A DNA stretch of 43,785 nucleotides, taken from Planctomycetota bacterium (GTDB taxonomy: Bacteria > Planctomycetota > JAJSAM01 > JAKLKS01). Shown here one piece after another: positions 11,809-21,129 of the stretch. The notes under the pieces were generated by a model that was not told the DNA's origin, did no database searches, and saw nothing but the letters and a program-made list of their open reading frames with translations. The stretch spans positions 1 through 43,785 of the forward strand of contig JAKLKS010000004.1 of assembly GCA_023150535.1 (NCBI GenBank), in the 5' to 3' direction. A program made the position numbers and the translations under genes. The first letter of the stretch is position 1; each line of letters opens with the position of its first letter.

Positions 11809-11886
11809 GGCCGGACCACCGATCGGGAGCGGTTCCGCGGGGCGGAACCGGCGGCACGCGGGCATGGAAGGCGAAGGAGGGCGGAC

Positions 11887-12765
11887 ATGAGGATCACCAT
11901 CCTGGTTCTGGCGTTGGCGGGACTGGCGGCGGCGGGCTGCGCCTCCGGCAAGGGCGGGGGCGGGGAGGGCTCCGGCGGGGGCTCCGGCGGGGGGAAGGAG
12001 GCGGCCTCCTCCTCCGCCCCGGTGTTCGTCACGAAGGAGGTGGAGGGGCGCCTCTGGGTCTTCCGCTCCGGGGCGAAGGAGATGGCGGAGTTCGAGAAGA
12101 CCGGGGAGCTGGCCAAGATGGTCACCCGCATCGGCGCGGGCCCCGGCGGGATGACCCTCAGGGCCCCCGACGCCGAGACCCTGGACGAGTACACGGCCTG
12201 GAAGCCCGGGTTCACGGTCCGCCCCCGGGAGGGGAGGATCTGGGTGTTCCTGGAGGGCGCGAAGGAGCTGGCGGAGTTCGAGAAGGCCGGCGAGCTCGCC
12301 AAGATGGTGACCCGGATCGGCGCCGGCCCCGGGGGGGCGACCCTCAGGGCACCGGACGCCGAGACCCTGGACCTGTACACGGCCGCGAAGGAGGGCTTCG
12401 CCGTCCGCCTCGCGGAGGGCAGGATGTACGTCTTCCGCATGGACGCGAAGGAGCTGCCGGAGTTCGACCGGGCCTGGGACCTCGCGAAGATGGTCACCCG
12501 CACCGGCGCCGGGCCGGGGGGGATGACGCTCCGGGCGCCGGACGCCGAGACCCTGGACGCCTACGCCCTGTCGAAGCCCGGCTTCGTCGTCCGAATCTCC
12601 GACGGCCGCGGCTGGGTCTTCAGGAAGGGCGCTAAGGAGCTGGCGGAGTACGAGAAGAGCGGCGAACTCGCCAAGATGGTGACGCGCACCGGCGCGGGTC
12701 CCGGCGGGATGACCCTCCGGGCGCCGGACGCGGAGACGCTGGACGCGTGGGCGGCCTCCCGGTAG
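11887..12765 (+). CDS. Lipoprotein with four tandem 62-aa repeats, function unknown
   Basis: Lipobox LAAAGC, Gly-rich linker, four repeats GRxWVF...LAKMVTRxGAGPGGMTLRAPDAETLD; RBS AAGGAGG. Confidence 0.85.
   Translation: MRITILVLALAGLAAAGCASGKGGGGEGSGGGSGGGKEAASSSAPVFVTKEVEGRLWVFRSGAKEMAEFEKTGELAKMVTRIGAGPGGMTLRAPDAETLDEYTAWKPGFTVRPREGRIWVFLEGAKELAEFEKAGELAKMVTRIGAGPGGATLRAPDAETLDLYTAAKEGFAVRLAEGRMYVFRMDAKELPEFDRAWDLAKMVTRTGAGPGGMTLRAPDAETLDAYALSKPGFVVRISDGRGWVFRKGAKELAEYEKSGELAKMVTRTGAGPGGMTLRAPDAETLDAWAASR
12025..12762 (+). repeat. Four intragenic tandem repeats, 186-bp unit
   Basis: Units start at 12025, 12211, 12397 and 12583. Confidence 0.9.
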
Positions 12766-12815
12766 GGAGCCGGCGCGCGGACGGCCCCGGGCCCGGTCCC
12801 GGCGGGGGGAGCGAA

Positions 12816-13514
12816 ATGCCGAAGCACTTCCACGAGGAGATGGAGGACCTGACGAAGAAGGTCCTCCACATGGGGGGCCTCGTCGAGGCCGCGCTGGACC
12901 GCGCCCTCGAGGCGCTGCTCGACAGGGACTCCGAGGCGGCCCGGGCCGTCATCGAGGGGGACAACGTCATCGACGAGCTGGAGCTGGACATCGAGGAGAA
13001 GTGCCTCGACCTCCTCGCCCTTCACCAGCCCGTGGCCCGGGACCTCCGCTACATCGCCGGCATCCTCAAGATCAACTCCGACCTCGAGCGCATGGCCGAC
13101 CTCGCGGCGAACATCGCGGAGCGGTCGGAGGTCCTCTCCCAGGTCCCCCCGCTCCCCTTCCGGCCGGACGTCTCCCGGATGGCGGCGGTCGTCAAGCAGA
13201 TGGTCCGCGAGGGGCTCGACGCCCTCGTGAAGAGGGACGTGGCGGCCGCCCTGCGCGTGTGGAAGCGCGACGACGAGGCGGACCGGCTCTTCCGGGAGAT
13301 CCTCGGGGAGGCGATCCAGTTCATGCGCGCCCAGCCGGACCGGATCGGGGACACCCAGCACCTCACGGGGGCGCTCCGGAACCTGGAGCGCATCGCCGAC
13401 CACGCGACGAACATCGCCGAGGACGTGATCTTCATGGCCGAGGGGAGGATCGTGCGCCACCACGTCATGGAGTTCCACCGCGTGATCGCGGCGGAAGGCG
13501 GCGCTGGGGGGTAG
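12816..13514 (+). CDS. phoU: Phosphate signalling/uptake regulator
   Basis: QPVARDLR, DLERMADLAANIAE, NLERIADHATNIAEDVIF. Confidence 0.93.
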   Translation: MPKHFHEEMEDLTKKVLHMGGLVEAALDRALEALLDRDSEAARAVIEGDNVIDELELDIEEKCLDLLALHQPVARDLRYIAGILKINSDLERMADLAANIAERSEVLSQVPPLPFRPDVSRMAAVVKQMVREGLDALVKRDVAAALRVWKRDDEADRLFREILGEAIQFMRAQPDRIGDTQHLTGALRNLERIADHATNIAEDVIFMAEGRIVRHHVMEFHRVIAAEGGAGG

Positions 13515-13519
13515 GGCCC

Positions 13520-14299
13520 CTACCCGTACCGGCCCTCCACGTAGTCCGCCGTCCTCCGGTCCCTCGGGGTCACGAACATCTCCTCCGTGGGGGAGTGCTC
13601 GACGACCCTCCCCATGAGCATGAAGATGCACTCGTCGCTGGCCCGCCGGGCCTGGGCCATGTTGTGGGTGACGATGAGGATCGTGAACTCCCCGCGCAGG
13701 TCCCACAGCAGCTCCTCGATGGCCCCGGTCGCCCTGGGGTCGAGGGCGGAGCAGGGTTCGTCCATCAGGAGGATCCGCGGCTGTAGGGGGAGCAGGCGGG
13801 CGATGCACAGCTTCTGCTGCTCCTCCAGGGAGAGGGTCGTCGCCCGCGCCCCGAGGCGGTCCTTCACCGTGTCCCAGAGGAGCACCTTCCGGAGCGCCTC
13901 CTCCAGGATGGGCTCCTCCTCCGCGCGGGTGATGGCCGCGTCCGGGGTGCGGTGCACCCTGTGCCCGAAGAGGACGTTGTCGCGGACGGAGAGGGGGAGG
14001 GGGTTGGGGCGCTGGAACACCATCCCCACCTGCCTCCGGAGCTGGGTCAGGGCCACGCCCGCCCCCTGGACGTCGTGCCCGAGGACCTCGATCCGGCCCG
14101 TTGTCCGCACGTAGCCCAGGCGCTCGTTGATCCGGTTCACGCTGCGGAGGAAGGTCGTCTTCCCGCAGCCGGACGGCCCGATCATGGCGGTGATGGCCCC
14201 GGACCGGATCCGGACGGTCACGTCCTGGAGGGCCTGGAAGGTCCCGTACCAGAGGTTGAGGGACTCCGTCCGGACGGCGGGGACCGGTTCGCTAGCCAA
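13520..14299 (-). CDS. pstB: Phosphate ABC ATPase with degenerate signature motif (LSLEEQQ)
   Basis: [43 protein letters not shown]. Confidence 0.88.
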   Translation of the reverse strand: MASEPVPAVRTESLNLWYGTFQALQDVTVRIRSGAITAMIGPSGCGKTTFLRSVNRINERLGYVRTTGRIEVLGHDVQGAGVALTQLRRQVGMVFQRPNPLPLSVRDNVLFGHRVHRTPDAAITRAEEEPILEEALRKVLLWDTVKDRLGARATTLSLEEQQKLCIARLLPLQPRILLMDEPCSALDPRATGAIEELLWDLRGEFTILIVTHNMAQARRASDECIFMLMGRVVEHSPTEEMFVTPRDRRTADYVEGRYG

Positions 14300-15071
14300 A
14301 GCGCCCCTCGATGTAGTCCGTCGTCCGCGGGTCCCGCGCCCCTCCCTCGAAGAGGGCCTCGGTGGGGCCCACCTCGACCATCTCGCCGGTGAGGAAGAAG
14401 GCCGTGCGATCGGCCACGCGCCGTGCCTGCTGCACGAGGTTGGTCACGAGGATGATGGTGACCTCCTCCCGCAGCTCCCTCAGGACGTCCTCGATCCGCA
14501 TGGTCGTCACGGGGTCCACGGCGATGGAGAACTCGTCCAGGAGCAGGAGGTCGGGGCTCTGGGACAGCGCCCGGGCGATGGTCAGCCTCTGCTGCTGCCC
14601 GCCGGACAGCAGGCTCCCCAGGGTGTCCAGGCGGTCCCTGACCTCGTCCCAGAGGGCGGCCCGGCGCAGGCACTTCTCGACGATGCCGTCGAGTTCGTCC
14701 TTCCCGCGCACGCCGGAGAGGCGGGGGGAGAGGGCGACGTTGTCGTAGACGCTCAGGGGGAGGCCGACGGGGAGGGGGAAGACGACCCCGACCCGCCGGC
14801 GGAGCGCGTAGAGGTTGCGGAACCTCCGGACGTCCCTGCCGTCGAGGGAGAGGCTCCCCTCGATCTCCATCCCGGGGATGAACTCGTCCATCCGGTTGAT
14901 GGCCCTCAGGAAGGAGGTCTTCCCGCTCCCGGCGGGGCCGATGATCCCCAGGATCTCCCTCGGGGCGACGTCCAGGTCGACCCCCGACAGCGCGGGGACG
15001 CCGTGGAACCTCACGCCGAGGCCGCGGGCCGAGACCTTGGGGACCGGGGCCGGGGGCGCGGGGCCGGTCAC
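14292..15071 (-). CDS. pstB: Phosphate ABC ATPase with degenerate Q-loop and H-switch
   Basis: GTG start overlapping the pstA stop; GPAGSGKTS, VVFPLP, LSGGQQQ, LLDEFS, VTNLVQQA, DYIEGRFG. Confidence 0.88.
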   Translation of the reverse strand: MTGPAPPAPVPKVSARGLGVRFHGVPALSGVDLDVAPREILGIIGPAGSGKTSFLRAINRMDEFIPGMEIEGSLSLDGRDVRRFRNLYALRRRVGVVFPLPVGLPLSVYDNVALSPRLSGVRGKDELDGIVEKCLRRAALWDEVRDRLDTLGSLLSGGQQQRLTIARALSQSPDLLLLDEFSIAVDPVTTMRIEDVLRELREEVTIILVTNLVQQARRVADRTAFFLTGEMVEVGPTEALFEGGARDPRTTDYIEGRFG

Positions 15072-15937
15072 CACTTCTTCCTCCTGCGGAGCCTCGTCCG
15101 GACCCAGATGGAGGCGGCGTTCATGGACATGACGAGGGAGATGAGGACGAGGGCGACGGCGAAGGGGACCGGCTCGGGCACTCCGGGCACCTGGGTGGAG
15201 ATGATGAAGAGGTGGAGGGAGAGTGCCATCGTCTGGTCGTGGATCCCCTCGGGCAGGAAGGGCACGAAGAAGGCGGCGCCCGTGAACATGATGGGGGCCG
15301 TCTCCCCCGCGGTGTGGGCGACCTCCAGGATGACCCCCGTGAGGATCCCGCTCACGGAGTTGGGGAGGACCACGTGGCGGATGGTCTGCCACCGGGTGGC
15401 CCCCATGGCCCAGCAGGCCTCGCGGAAGGCCCGGGGGACCGCCTGGAGCGCCTCCCGCGTGGAGACGATGATGACCGGCAGCGACATGACCGCGAGGGTG
15501 AGGCTCGCGGCGAGGATGCTCGTTCCGAAACGGAAGAAGTAGACGAAGGCCCCCACGCCGAAGAGGGCGTGCACGATGGAGGGGACCCCCGCGAGGTTCA
15601 TGATGGCCAGGTTGATGATCCGGGTCAGGGCGTTGTCGGGGGCGTACTCCGAGAGGTAGACCGCCGCCGCCACGCCGACGGGCACCGACGCCAGGAGGGC
15701 CACGGCCACGAGCCAGACCGTCCCCACGAGGGCGGGCAGGATCCCCCCGGCCGTCATCGCCTCCCGGGGCTCCGTGAAGAGGAACTCCAGGGACAGGGCC
15801 GGGGTCCCCTTCCAGGCCAGCACCCCGAGGATGAGGAGGACGGGGAGGATGATGACGAGGGTGAGCCCGAGGAGGAGCCAGCGCACCAGCCCCTCCCGGG
15901 CGCGGTTGCGCAGGTCGACGGGGGTCGGCTGGAACAC
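15068..15937 (-). CDS. pstA: Phosphate ABC permease PstA (short form)
   Basis: [28 protein letters not shown]...GATRWQ, AGETAPI. Confidence 0.92.
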   Translation of the reverse strand: MFQPTPVDLRNRAREGLVRWLLLGLTLVIILPVLLILGVLAWKGTPALSLEFLFTEPREAMTAGGILPALVGTVWLVAVALLASVPVGVAAAVYLSEYAPDNALTRIINLAIMNLAGVPSIVHALFGVGAFVYFFRFGTSILAASLTLAVMSLPVIIVSTREALQAVPRAFREACWAMGATRWQTIRHVVLPNSVSGILTGVILEVAHTAGETAPIMFTGAAFFVPFLPEGIHDQTMALSLHLFIISTQVPGVPEPVPFAVALVLISLVMSMNAASIWVRTRLRRRKKW

Positions 15938-15939
15938 CG

Positions 15940-16881
15940 CTACCTCCTCCCCCGGCCCCGGAGGAAGAGGTCGGCGGTCAGGTTGATGGCGAAGGTCACG
16001 ACGAAGAGGAGGATCCCGATGGTGAACAGCGCCCGGTAGTGGTCCGACCCGTCCGCCGTCTCGCCCAGCTCGGCCGCGATGGTGGCCGTGAGGGCCCGGA
16101 CCGAGTCGAAGACGCTGGTGGGGACGTTGATGGAGTGGCCGCTCGCCATGAGGACGGCCATGGTCTCCCCGAACCCCCGGCCGACGCCGAGGAGGACGGC
16201 CGCGACGAGGCCGTTGCGGGCCGCGGGGAGGACCACCCTCACCACCACCTGGAGGCGGGAGGCGCCCATGGCCTCGGCGGCCTCCCGGTAGGTGTCCGGG
16301 ACCGCCTTGAGGGCGTCCTCCGCGAGGGTGGTCATGATGGGAGTCGCCATGAGGCCCAGGATGATGCCCGAGTTGAGGACCCCGAGGCCCACGGGCACAT
16401 CGAACACGGAGATGATCGCGGGGTTGACCACGGTCAGCCCGACGAAGCCCCAGACCACGGAGGGCACGGCCGCCAGGAGCTCCACGAGCACCTTGAGGGT
16501 CTCGCGCGTCCTCCCCCGCGCGAACTCGGCGATGTAGATCGCCGCCCCCAGGGAGAAGGGGACCGCCAGCAGCATCGCGAGGCCGGTGACGCTGGCCGTC
16601 CCCGCCATGAGGGCGAGGATGCCGTAGGTCGGGTAGTCGGAGGTGGGCCGCCAGGCCGTGGACCCGAAGAACTCCCCCGGGCGGAAGGGGCCGGTGAGGA
16701 AGCCGAGCCCCTCCTTCCCGATGAAGACGAAGATCCCGAAGATGAAGACGATGGCGGAGATCCCGCCCGCGAAGACCAGGACGCGGACCCCCATGTCCAC
16801 GTACCAGGCGAGGTCCCGGCGGTCGGGAGGTCCGGCCGCCGCGTCCCCGGGGCTCCCGGAGGGCCTATCCTGCGTGCTCAC
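15940..16881 (-). CDS. pstC: Phosphate ABC permease PstC (short form)
   Basis: ELLAAVPSVVWG, AEDALKAVP, GRGFGETMAV, TATIAAELGE. Confidence 0.92.
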   Translation of the reverse strand: MSTQDRPSGSPGDAAAGPPDRRDLAWYVDMGVRVLVFAGGISAIVFIFGIFVFIGKEGLGFLTGPFRPGEFFGSTAWRPTSDYPTYGILALMAGTASVTGLAMLLAVPFSLGAAIYIAEFARGRTRETLKVLVELLAAVPSVVWGFVGLTVVNPAIISVFDVPVGLGVLNSGIILGLMATPIMTTLAEDALKAVPDTYREAAEAMGASRLQVVVRVVLPAARNGLVAAVLLGVGRGFGETMAVLMASGHSINVPTSVFDSVRALTATIAAELGETADGSDHYRALFTIGILLFVVTFAINLTADLFLRGRGRR

Positions 16882-17947
16882 CGCAGAGGGTCTCCATGAG
16901 GCCCCGGATGCGGTAGGCCAGCCGGCGGCAGATCTCCTCGTTCCGGTCGCCCCCGGCCGCCTCGGCGGCGAGGACCTCCCGGTGCCAGTCCAGGAAGACG
17001 GTGCCGTAGGGCAGGTGCTCGACCCGCCGCAGCGCGTCCGGCGCCAGGCCCACGACCACGTCCACCTCGCGCAGGTCCTCGTGGGAGGTCGCGAGCCTCC
17101 GCGGCGCCGCGGCGGGGCTTCCGAGCCCGCGGGCGTCCATGAAGGCGAGGACGGCCGGGTCCGCCCCGGGGGCCGGGTCCCAGCCCGCCGAAGCGTAGGA
17201 GGCCCCCTGGGGGAAGGCCTTGCGGGCGACGGCCTCCGCCAGGAGGCTCGCCCCGGCGTTGCGGTCGTCGATGAAGAGGATGCGGAAGGCGCGCGCCCGC
17301 TTCACCTCCCCCGTCACCGCGAAGATGGTCTCCTCGCAGATGTTCTTGGCCTGGTCGGCGATCCGCTCCAGGCGGCCGAGGATGACCAGGAACGCGAAGG
17401 TGTCCCGCACGGGGATGTCACGGGATTCCGCCTCGGCCAGGAGGTCCCGGTACACCTTCCGGTACACCGTGTCGTTCTGCGTCTCCATGGCCATGGTGCC
17501 GCGGGCGAGGTCGGGGCTCTGCTCGTGGAACGCCTTGAGCGACTGGCGGAGGACGGACCTCGCCTGCTCCGCCATCATCTCGATGTCGCGGGCCACCGTG
17601 ACCGGCGTGGGGGAGGTGCTCTGGACGGCCTCCCGGGAGATGGAGACGGCGTAGTCCCCCACGCGCTCCAGGGCGACGCTCAGGCGAAGGACCGCCGAGA
17701 TGGTGCGTAGGTGGCCGGCGCTGGGAAGGTGGCGGACGACGAAGGCGTGGCAGAGGCGGTCCAGCTCCCGGGTCGCCCGGTTCACGGGCTGGTCGCCGAG
17801 GATGGTCTCCGAGGCGAGGTTGCGGTCCCGCTCCAGGAAGGCCCTCACGGCGGAGCCGAGGGCGGCGTCCAGCAGGAGTCCGAGGGCCGCCACCTTCTCC
17901 CGGAGGACCTGGAGGTCCCTTCCCAGCCGCTCCTCGTAGTGGGTCAC
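16865..17947 (-). CDS. phoU: PhoU fused to a C-terminal degenerate LMW-PTP/ArsC-like domain
   Basis: GTG at 17947 with RBS GGAGGAG; PhoU motifs LERVGDYA and LERIADQAKNICE; C-terminal RILFIDDRNAGASLLAEA...SAG...DW. Confidence 0.85.
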   Translation of the reverse strand: MTHYEERLGRDLQVLREKVAALGLLLDAALGSAVRAFLERDRNLASETILGDQPVNRATRELDRLCHAFVVRHLPSAGHLRTISAVLRLSVALERVGDYAVSISREAVQSTSPTPVTVARDIEMMAEQARSVLRQSLKAFHEQSPDLARGTMAMETQNDTVYRKVYRDLLAEAESRDIPVRDTFAFLVILGRLERIADQAKNICEETIFAVTGEVKRARAFRILFIDDRNAGASLLAEAVARKAFPQGASYASAGWDPAPGADPAVLAFMDARGLGSPAAAPRRLATSHEDLREVDVVVGLAPDALRRVEHLPYGTVFLDWHREVLAAEAAGGDRNEEICRRLAYRIRGLMETLCGEHAG

Positions 17948-17967
17948 GGGCTCCTCCCCGGGGGCCC

Positions 17968-18840
17968 CTACCTGCCGCCCAGGGGGCGGACGGGGGCGTA
18001 CCCCTTGTCCTGGATGATGCGCTGGCCCGCGTCCGAGAGGATCCAGTCGAGGTAGGCGCGGACCTCCCCGGCCGGCTGCCCGCGGGTGTACATGAACAGC
18101 GGCCGCGCGATGGGGTAGGTGCCGTCCAGGGCGGTGGACACGGTCGGGGCGACGCCGGGCTTCCCCTCGCCCCCGGAGACCTTGAGGACCCGGACCTTGT
18201 CGGATTCGTAGGCGAGGCCGCTGAACCCGATGGAACCCGGGGTGCGCGCCACGAGATCCACCACGTCCTTGGAGCCCTGCATGTCGAGGGAGCCCAGCGC
18301 GTACTCCCGCTTCCCGAGGACGGCCTCCTTGAAGTACTCGTAGGTGCCGGAGTTGTTCTGGCGGCTCACCCGGACGATCTTCCCCCCCTCGGCGCCGGGT
18401 ACGGTCACCCCGAGGTCCTCCCAGCGGGCGATCTTCCCTCCCTCGCCGTAGATCTCGGCCAGCTGGGCCAGGGTGATGGACTCCAGGGGATTCGAGCGGT
18501 GCACGTAGACCGCGAGGGCGTCGTGGCCGACCACGAACTCGACGGGCTCGATGCCCTTCGCCTTCGCCTGGGCGCGTTCGGAATCCTTGAGCGAGCGGCT
18601 CGAGTTGGCGATCTCCACGTTCCCGTTGATGAGCGCCGAGATGCCGACCCCGGATCCGCCCCCCGTCACCGAGACGGCGACCTCCGGCTTCACGTCCCGG
18701 TAGCGCTCCGCCCATGCCTGGGCGACGTTGACGAGGGTGTCCGAGCCCTTGTTCTGGATGGCGGCGCGGTTCGAGGACCTCCCCCCGCAGGCGGGGACGA
18801 GGAGGCAGAGGGCGAGGGCGGCGGCGAGGGCGCGGTTCAC
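17968..18840 (-). CDS. pstS: Phosphate-binding lipoprotein
   Basis: GTG start with RBS AAGGAGG; lipobox LLVPAC; NKGSDT, GGGSGVG, SRQNNSGT, YPIARPL. Confidence 0.93.
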   Translation of the reverse strand: MNRALAAALALCLLVPACGGRSSNRAAIQNKGSDTLVNVAQAWAERYRDVKPEVAVSVTGGGSGVGISALINGNVEIANSSRSLKDSERAQAKAKGIEPVEFVVGHDALAVYVHRSNPLESITLAQLAEIYGEGGKIARWEDLGVTVPGAEGGKIVRVSRQNNSGTYEYFKEAVLGKREYALGSLDMQGSKDVVDLVARTPGSIGFSGLAYESDKVRVLKVSGGEGKPGVAPTVSTALDGTYPIARPLFMYTRGQPAGEVRAYLDWILSDAGQRIIQDKGYAPVRPLGGR

Positions 18841-19103
18841 GGGGCCTCCTTCCCTTCCGGGAACAACACCGCCTTTGCATAACCCTTGTCGGCGGGCCGC
18901 ACAAGGTCCAACCGGGGGGCGGGAGGGACGGGGTCGCGCGGGCCCCGACGGGGACGGGAGCCCGCCATCTCCGGGGGGAGACGGCCGGCGGCAGTGCCGC
19001 CTTCGGGAGGGAAGGCCCCCCGGGGGGCGCCCCTCCCCCCGTGCCGGCGGCGGCACGGAAGGGGGAGCCGAGGAGGCCCGTGGTTGGCCGGGGGCCCGCT
19101 CTC

Positions 19104-19144
19104 TTGACGACATCTTTGCGGAGCGGCAACCCCTCGTTCAAGAT
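19104..19144 (+). promoter_or_regulatory. Possible Pho-box-like repeats upstream of porin 1
   Basis: TTGACG(19104), TTTGCG(19115), GCAACC(19126) in 11-bp phase. Confidence 0.35.
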
Positions 19145-19187
19145 CGAGGGGATCCTCCGGCGGGGACACCCCAGGGAGTGGAACGCC

Positions 19188-20585
19188 ATGCGCATCGCCG
19201 CCGCCGGCCTCGCCGCCGCGCTCTGCCTGCAGCCCGCCGCCCTCGCCGCCGACCCCGCCGACGGGGCCCCTCCGAAGACGGAGACGGAGAGGAGGCTCGA
19301 GGAGGTGCTCGCCGAACTGGAGCGCCAGCGCCTGGAGATCGACGGCCTCAAGGCGAAATTGGCGACGGTGGAATCCGGGGCCGGCGTCGAGGCCGTGGTC
19401 GCCCGGTACCTCGAGGACGCGGCGAAGGAGGCGAAGAAGGAGCCGTCGAAGGACGACTTCCGCGTCTTCTGGAAGGACACCCTCAGCTTCGAGACCGCGG
19501 ACAGGGCCGTGACGCTCAAGATCGGCGGCCGCGTCCACTACGACATGGTCTTCCCCGACGCCGACGACGACGTCGAGGCGGCCCGGGGGGACTACGACGC
19601 GACGGCCGGCGCCCGCCGCCTCCGCATGGAGTTCGGCGGGACCCTCTTCGGCACCGTCTACTTCCAGAACAGCGTGGAGTTCGCCGGCACCTCCTACGCG
19701 TGGAAGGACAACTACTTCGGCCTCAGGGGCCTCCCCCTCGGCCTGGACTTCCGGGCCGGGTACTTCAAGGAGCCCTTCAGCCTCGAGCAGGTGACCAGCA
19801 GCAACTTCACCACCTTCCAGGAGCGCTCCTCCGTGGACGTCTTCGCCCCCGCCTTCAACCACGGGGCCATGGTCTCGGGGACCGCCGTCGAGAACCGGGC
19901 GTGGTGGTGGGCCGGGGACTTCTGGGACGGCTCCACCGGCACCGCCCCCATGAACCACAATTTCACCGGCCGGATCGCCGGCCTTCCCTATTTCGAGAAG
20001 GAGGACGCCGCCCTCGTCCACCTCGGCCTCTCCGTCTCCGACCGCAGCCCCGAATCGGAGACCCACCGCTACCAGCAGCGCCCCGAGGCCCCCTTCGTCC
20101 CCCGCCTCGTGGACACGGGGACCTTCTCCGTGGACGACCGGACGCTCCTGGGGTTCGAGGGCGCCTGGGTGATGGGGCCCTTCTCCGCGCAGGCGGAGTG
20201 GATGCAGGCGTCGAACTCCTCCCACCCCGACGCCGGCCCGGCCGGGGGCGACCCCGACTACCGGGGGTGGTACGCCTACGTCTCCTGGTTCCCCACGGGC
20301 GAGAGCCGCGCGGAGGGGTACTCGAAGGGCGCCTTCGGCCGCATCCGCCCGAAGGAGAACTGGGACGGCAAGGGCGGGATGGGGGCCTGGGAGGTGGCGC
20401 TGCGCTACTCGGTCCTCGACCTCGACGACGACGGCGTGGACGGCGGGGTCATGGACTCCTGGACCCTGGGGGTCAACTGGCACCTCAACCCCAACGCGAG
20501 GGTCATGATCAACTACGTGATGTCGAACCTCCACCGCGTGGGGGACGTCGACACCGTGGAGGTCCGCTTCCAGGTCTGCTTCTAG
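19188..20585 (+). CDS. Phosphate-selective porin, OprO/OprP family (paralog 1)
   Basis: Signal peptide, coiled-coil N-terminus, RRLR, GYFKEPFSLE..TSS, ERS, TGESR, GVNWHLN, C-terminal Phe. Confidence 0.88.
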   Translation: MRIAAAGLAAALCLQPAALAADPADGAPPKTETERRLEEVLAELERQRLEIDGLKAKLATVESGAGVEAVVARYLEDAAKEAKKEPSKDDFRVFWKDTLSFETADRAVTLKIGGRVHYDMVFPDADDDVEAARGDYDATAGARRLRMEFGGTLFGTVYFQNSVEFAGTSYAWKDNYFGLRGLPLGLDFRAGYFKEPFSLEQVTSSNFTTFQERSSVDVFAPAFNHGAMVSGTAVENRAWWWAGDFWDGSTGTAPMNHNFTGRIAGLPYFEKEDAALVHLGLSVSDRSPESETHRYQQRPEAPFVPRLVDTGTFSVDDRTLLGFEGAWVMGPFSAQAEWMQASNSSHPDAGPAGGDPDYRGWYAYVSWFPTGESRAEGYSKGAFGRIRPKENWDGKGGMGAWEVALRYSVLDLDDDGVDGGVMDSWTLGVNWHLNPNARVMINYVMSNLHRVGDVDTVEVRFQVCF

Positions 20586-20688
20586 CCCGCCGGGCGCGGT
20601 CCGCGCGCGCCCCGCGGCGCCCCGCCGCGGGGCGCCCCGGTTCCGGGGGACCCCCCGCCGCCGCGGTGTGACCGGACGCGCAATCACA

Positions 20689-20717
20689 TGGACATATCCG
20701 CATACATGGGGGATGAT
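20689..20717 (+). promoter_or_regulatory. Sigma70-like promoter of the ars operon; AT-rich spacer may be the ArsR operator
   Basis: TGGACA-N17-GATGAT, then 6 nt to GTG at 20724. Confidence 0.5.
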
Positions 20718-20723
20718 GGGCCC

Positions 20724-21098
20724 GTGGCGACCCTCGACGACGCCGTCCGGATCGGGAAGGCCCTGTCGGACCGCACCCGCGTGCGGATCCTGGCCGCCCT
20801 GACCGTCCGGCCCCTCTGCGTCTGCGAGATCACCGCCCTCGTCCCCGCGGGGCAGCCGGCCGTGTCCCGCCACCTGGGGATCCTGCGCGCCGCGGGGCTC
20901 GTGGAGGACGTCCGCGACGGGAGGTGGGTCAACTACCGGCTCCGCCGGGTCGACCGCCGCCTCCTCGCCGGCGCCGCCCTCCGGTGCCTCTCCGCGGGCC
21001 TCGCGGGCGATCCCGACCTGCGCGGGGTGCGCGACCGCGCGAGGACCGTGTGCCGCACCAGGCTCCGAGCGCCCCCCCGGCGGAGGGCCCTCCCTTGA
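20724..21098 (+). CDS. arsR: ArsR/SmtB family repressor with alpha3 CVC site
   Basis: KALSDRTRVRIL, PLCVCEI, QPAVSRHLGILRAAGLV, RDGRWVNY; start could alternatively be 20688. Confidence 0.88.
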   Translation: MATLDDAVRIGKALSDRTRVRILAALTVRPLCVCEITALVPAGQPAVSRHLGILRAAGLVEDVRDGRWVNYRLRRVDRRLLAGAALRCLSAGLAGDPDLRGVRDRARTVCRTRLRAPPRRRALP

Positions 21099-21129
21099 TG
21101 GCCCCCGGATCCCCGGGGGAGGAGGCCCC

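Noticed and set aside
12025-12762. CRISPR-like array
   Set aside because: The repeats are in-frame 186-bp coding units without spacers; no cas genes. No tRNA or rRNA was seen in the window either
18860-18910. Pho box for the minus-strand pstS
   Set aside because: An AT-richer patch exists, but the units (CCGACA, TATGCA) match the consensus poorly
18905-19070. Third diverged copy of the 140-bp repeat upstream of porin 1
   Set aside because: Only short gapped G/C-rich matches, indistinguishable from background by eye
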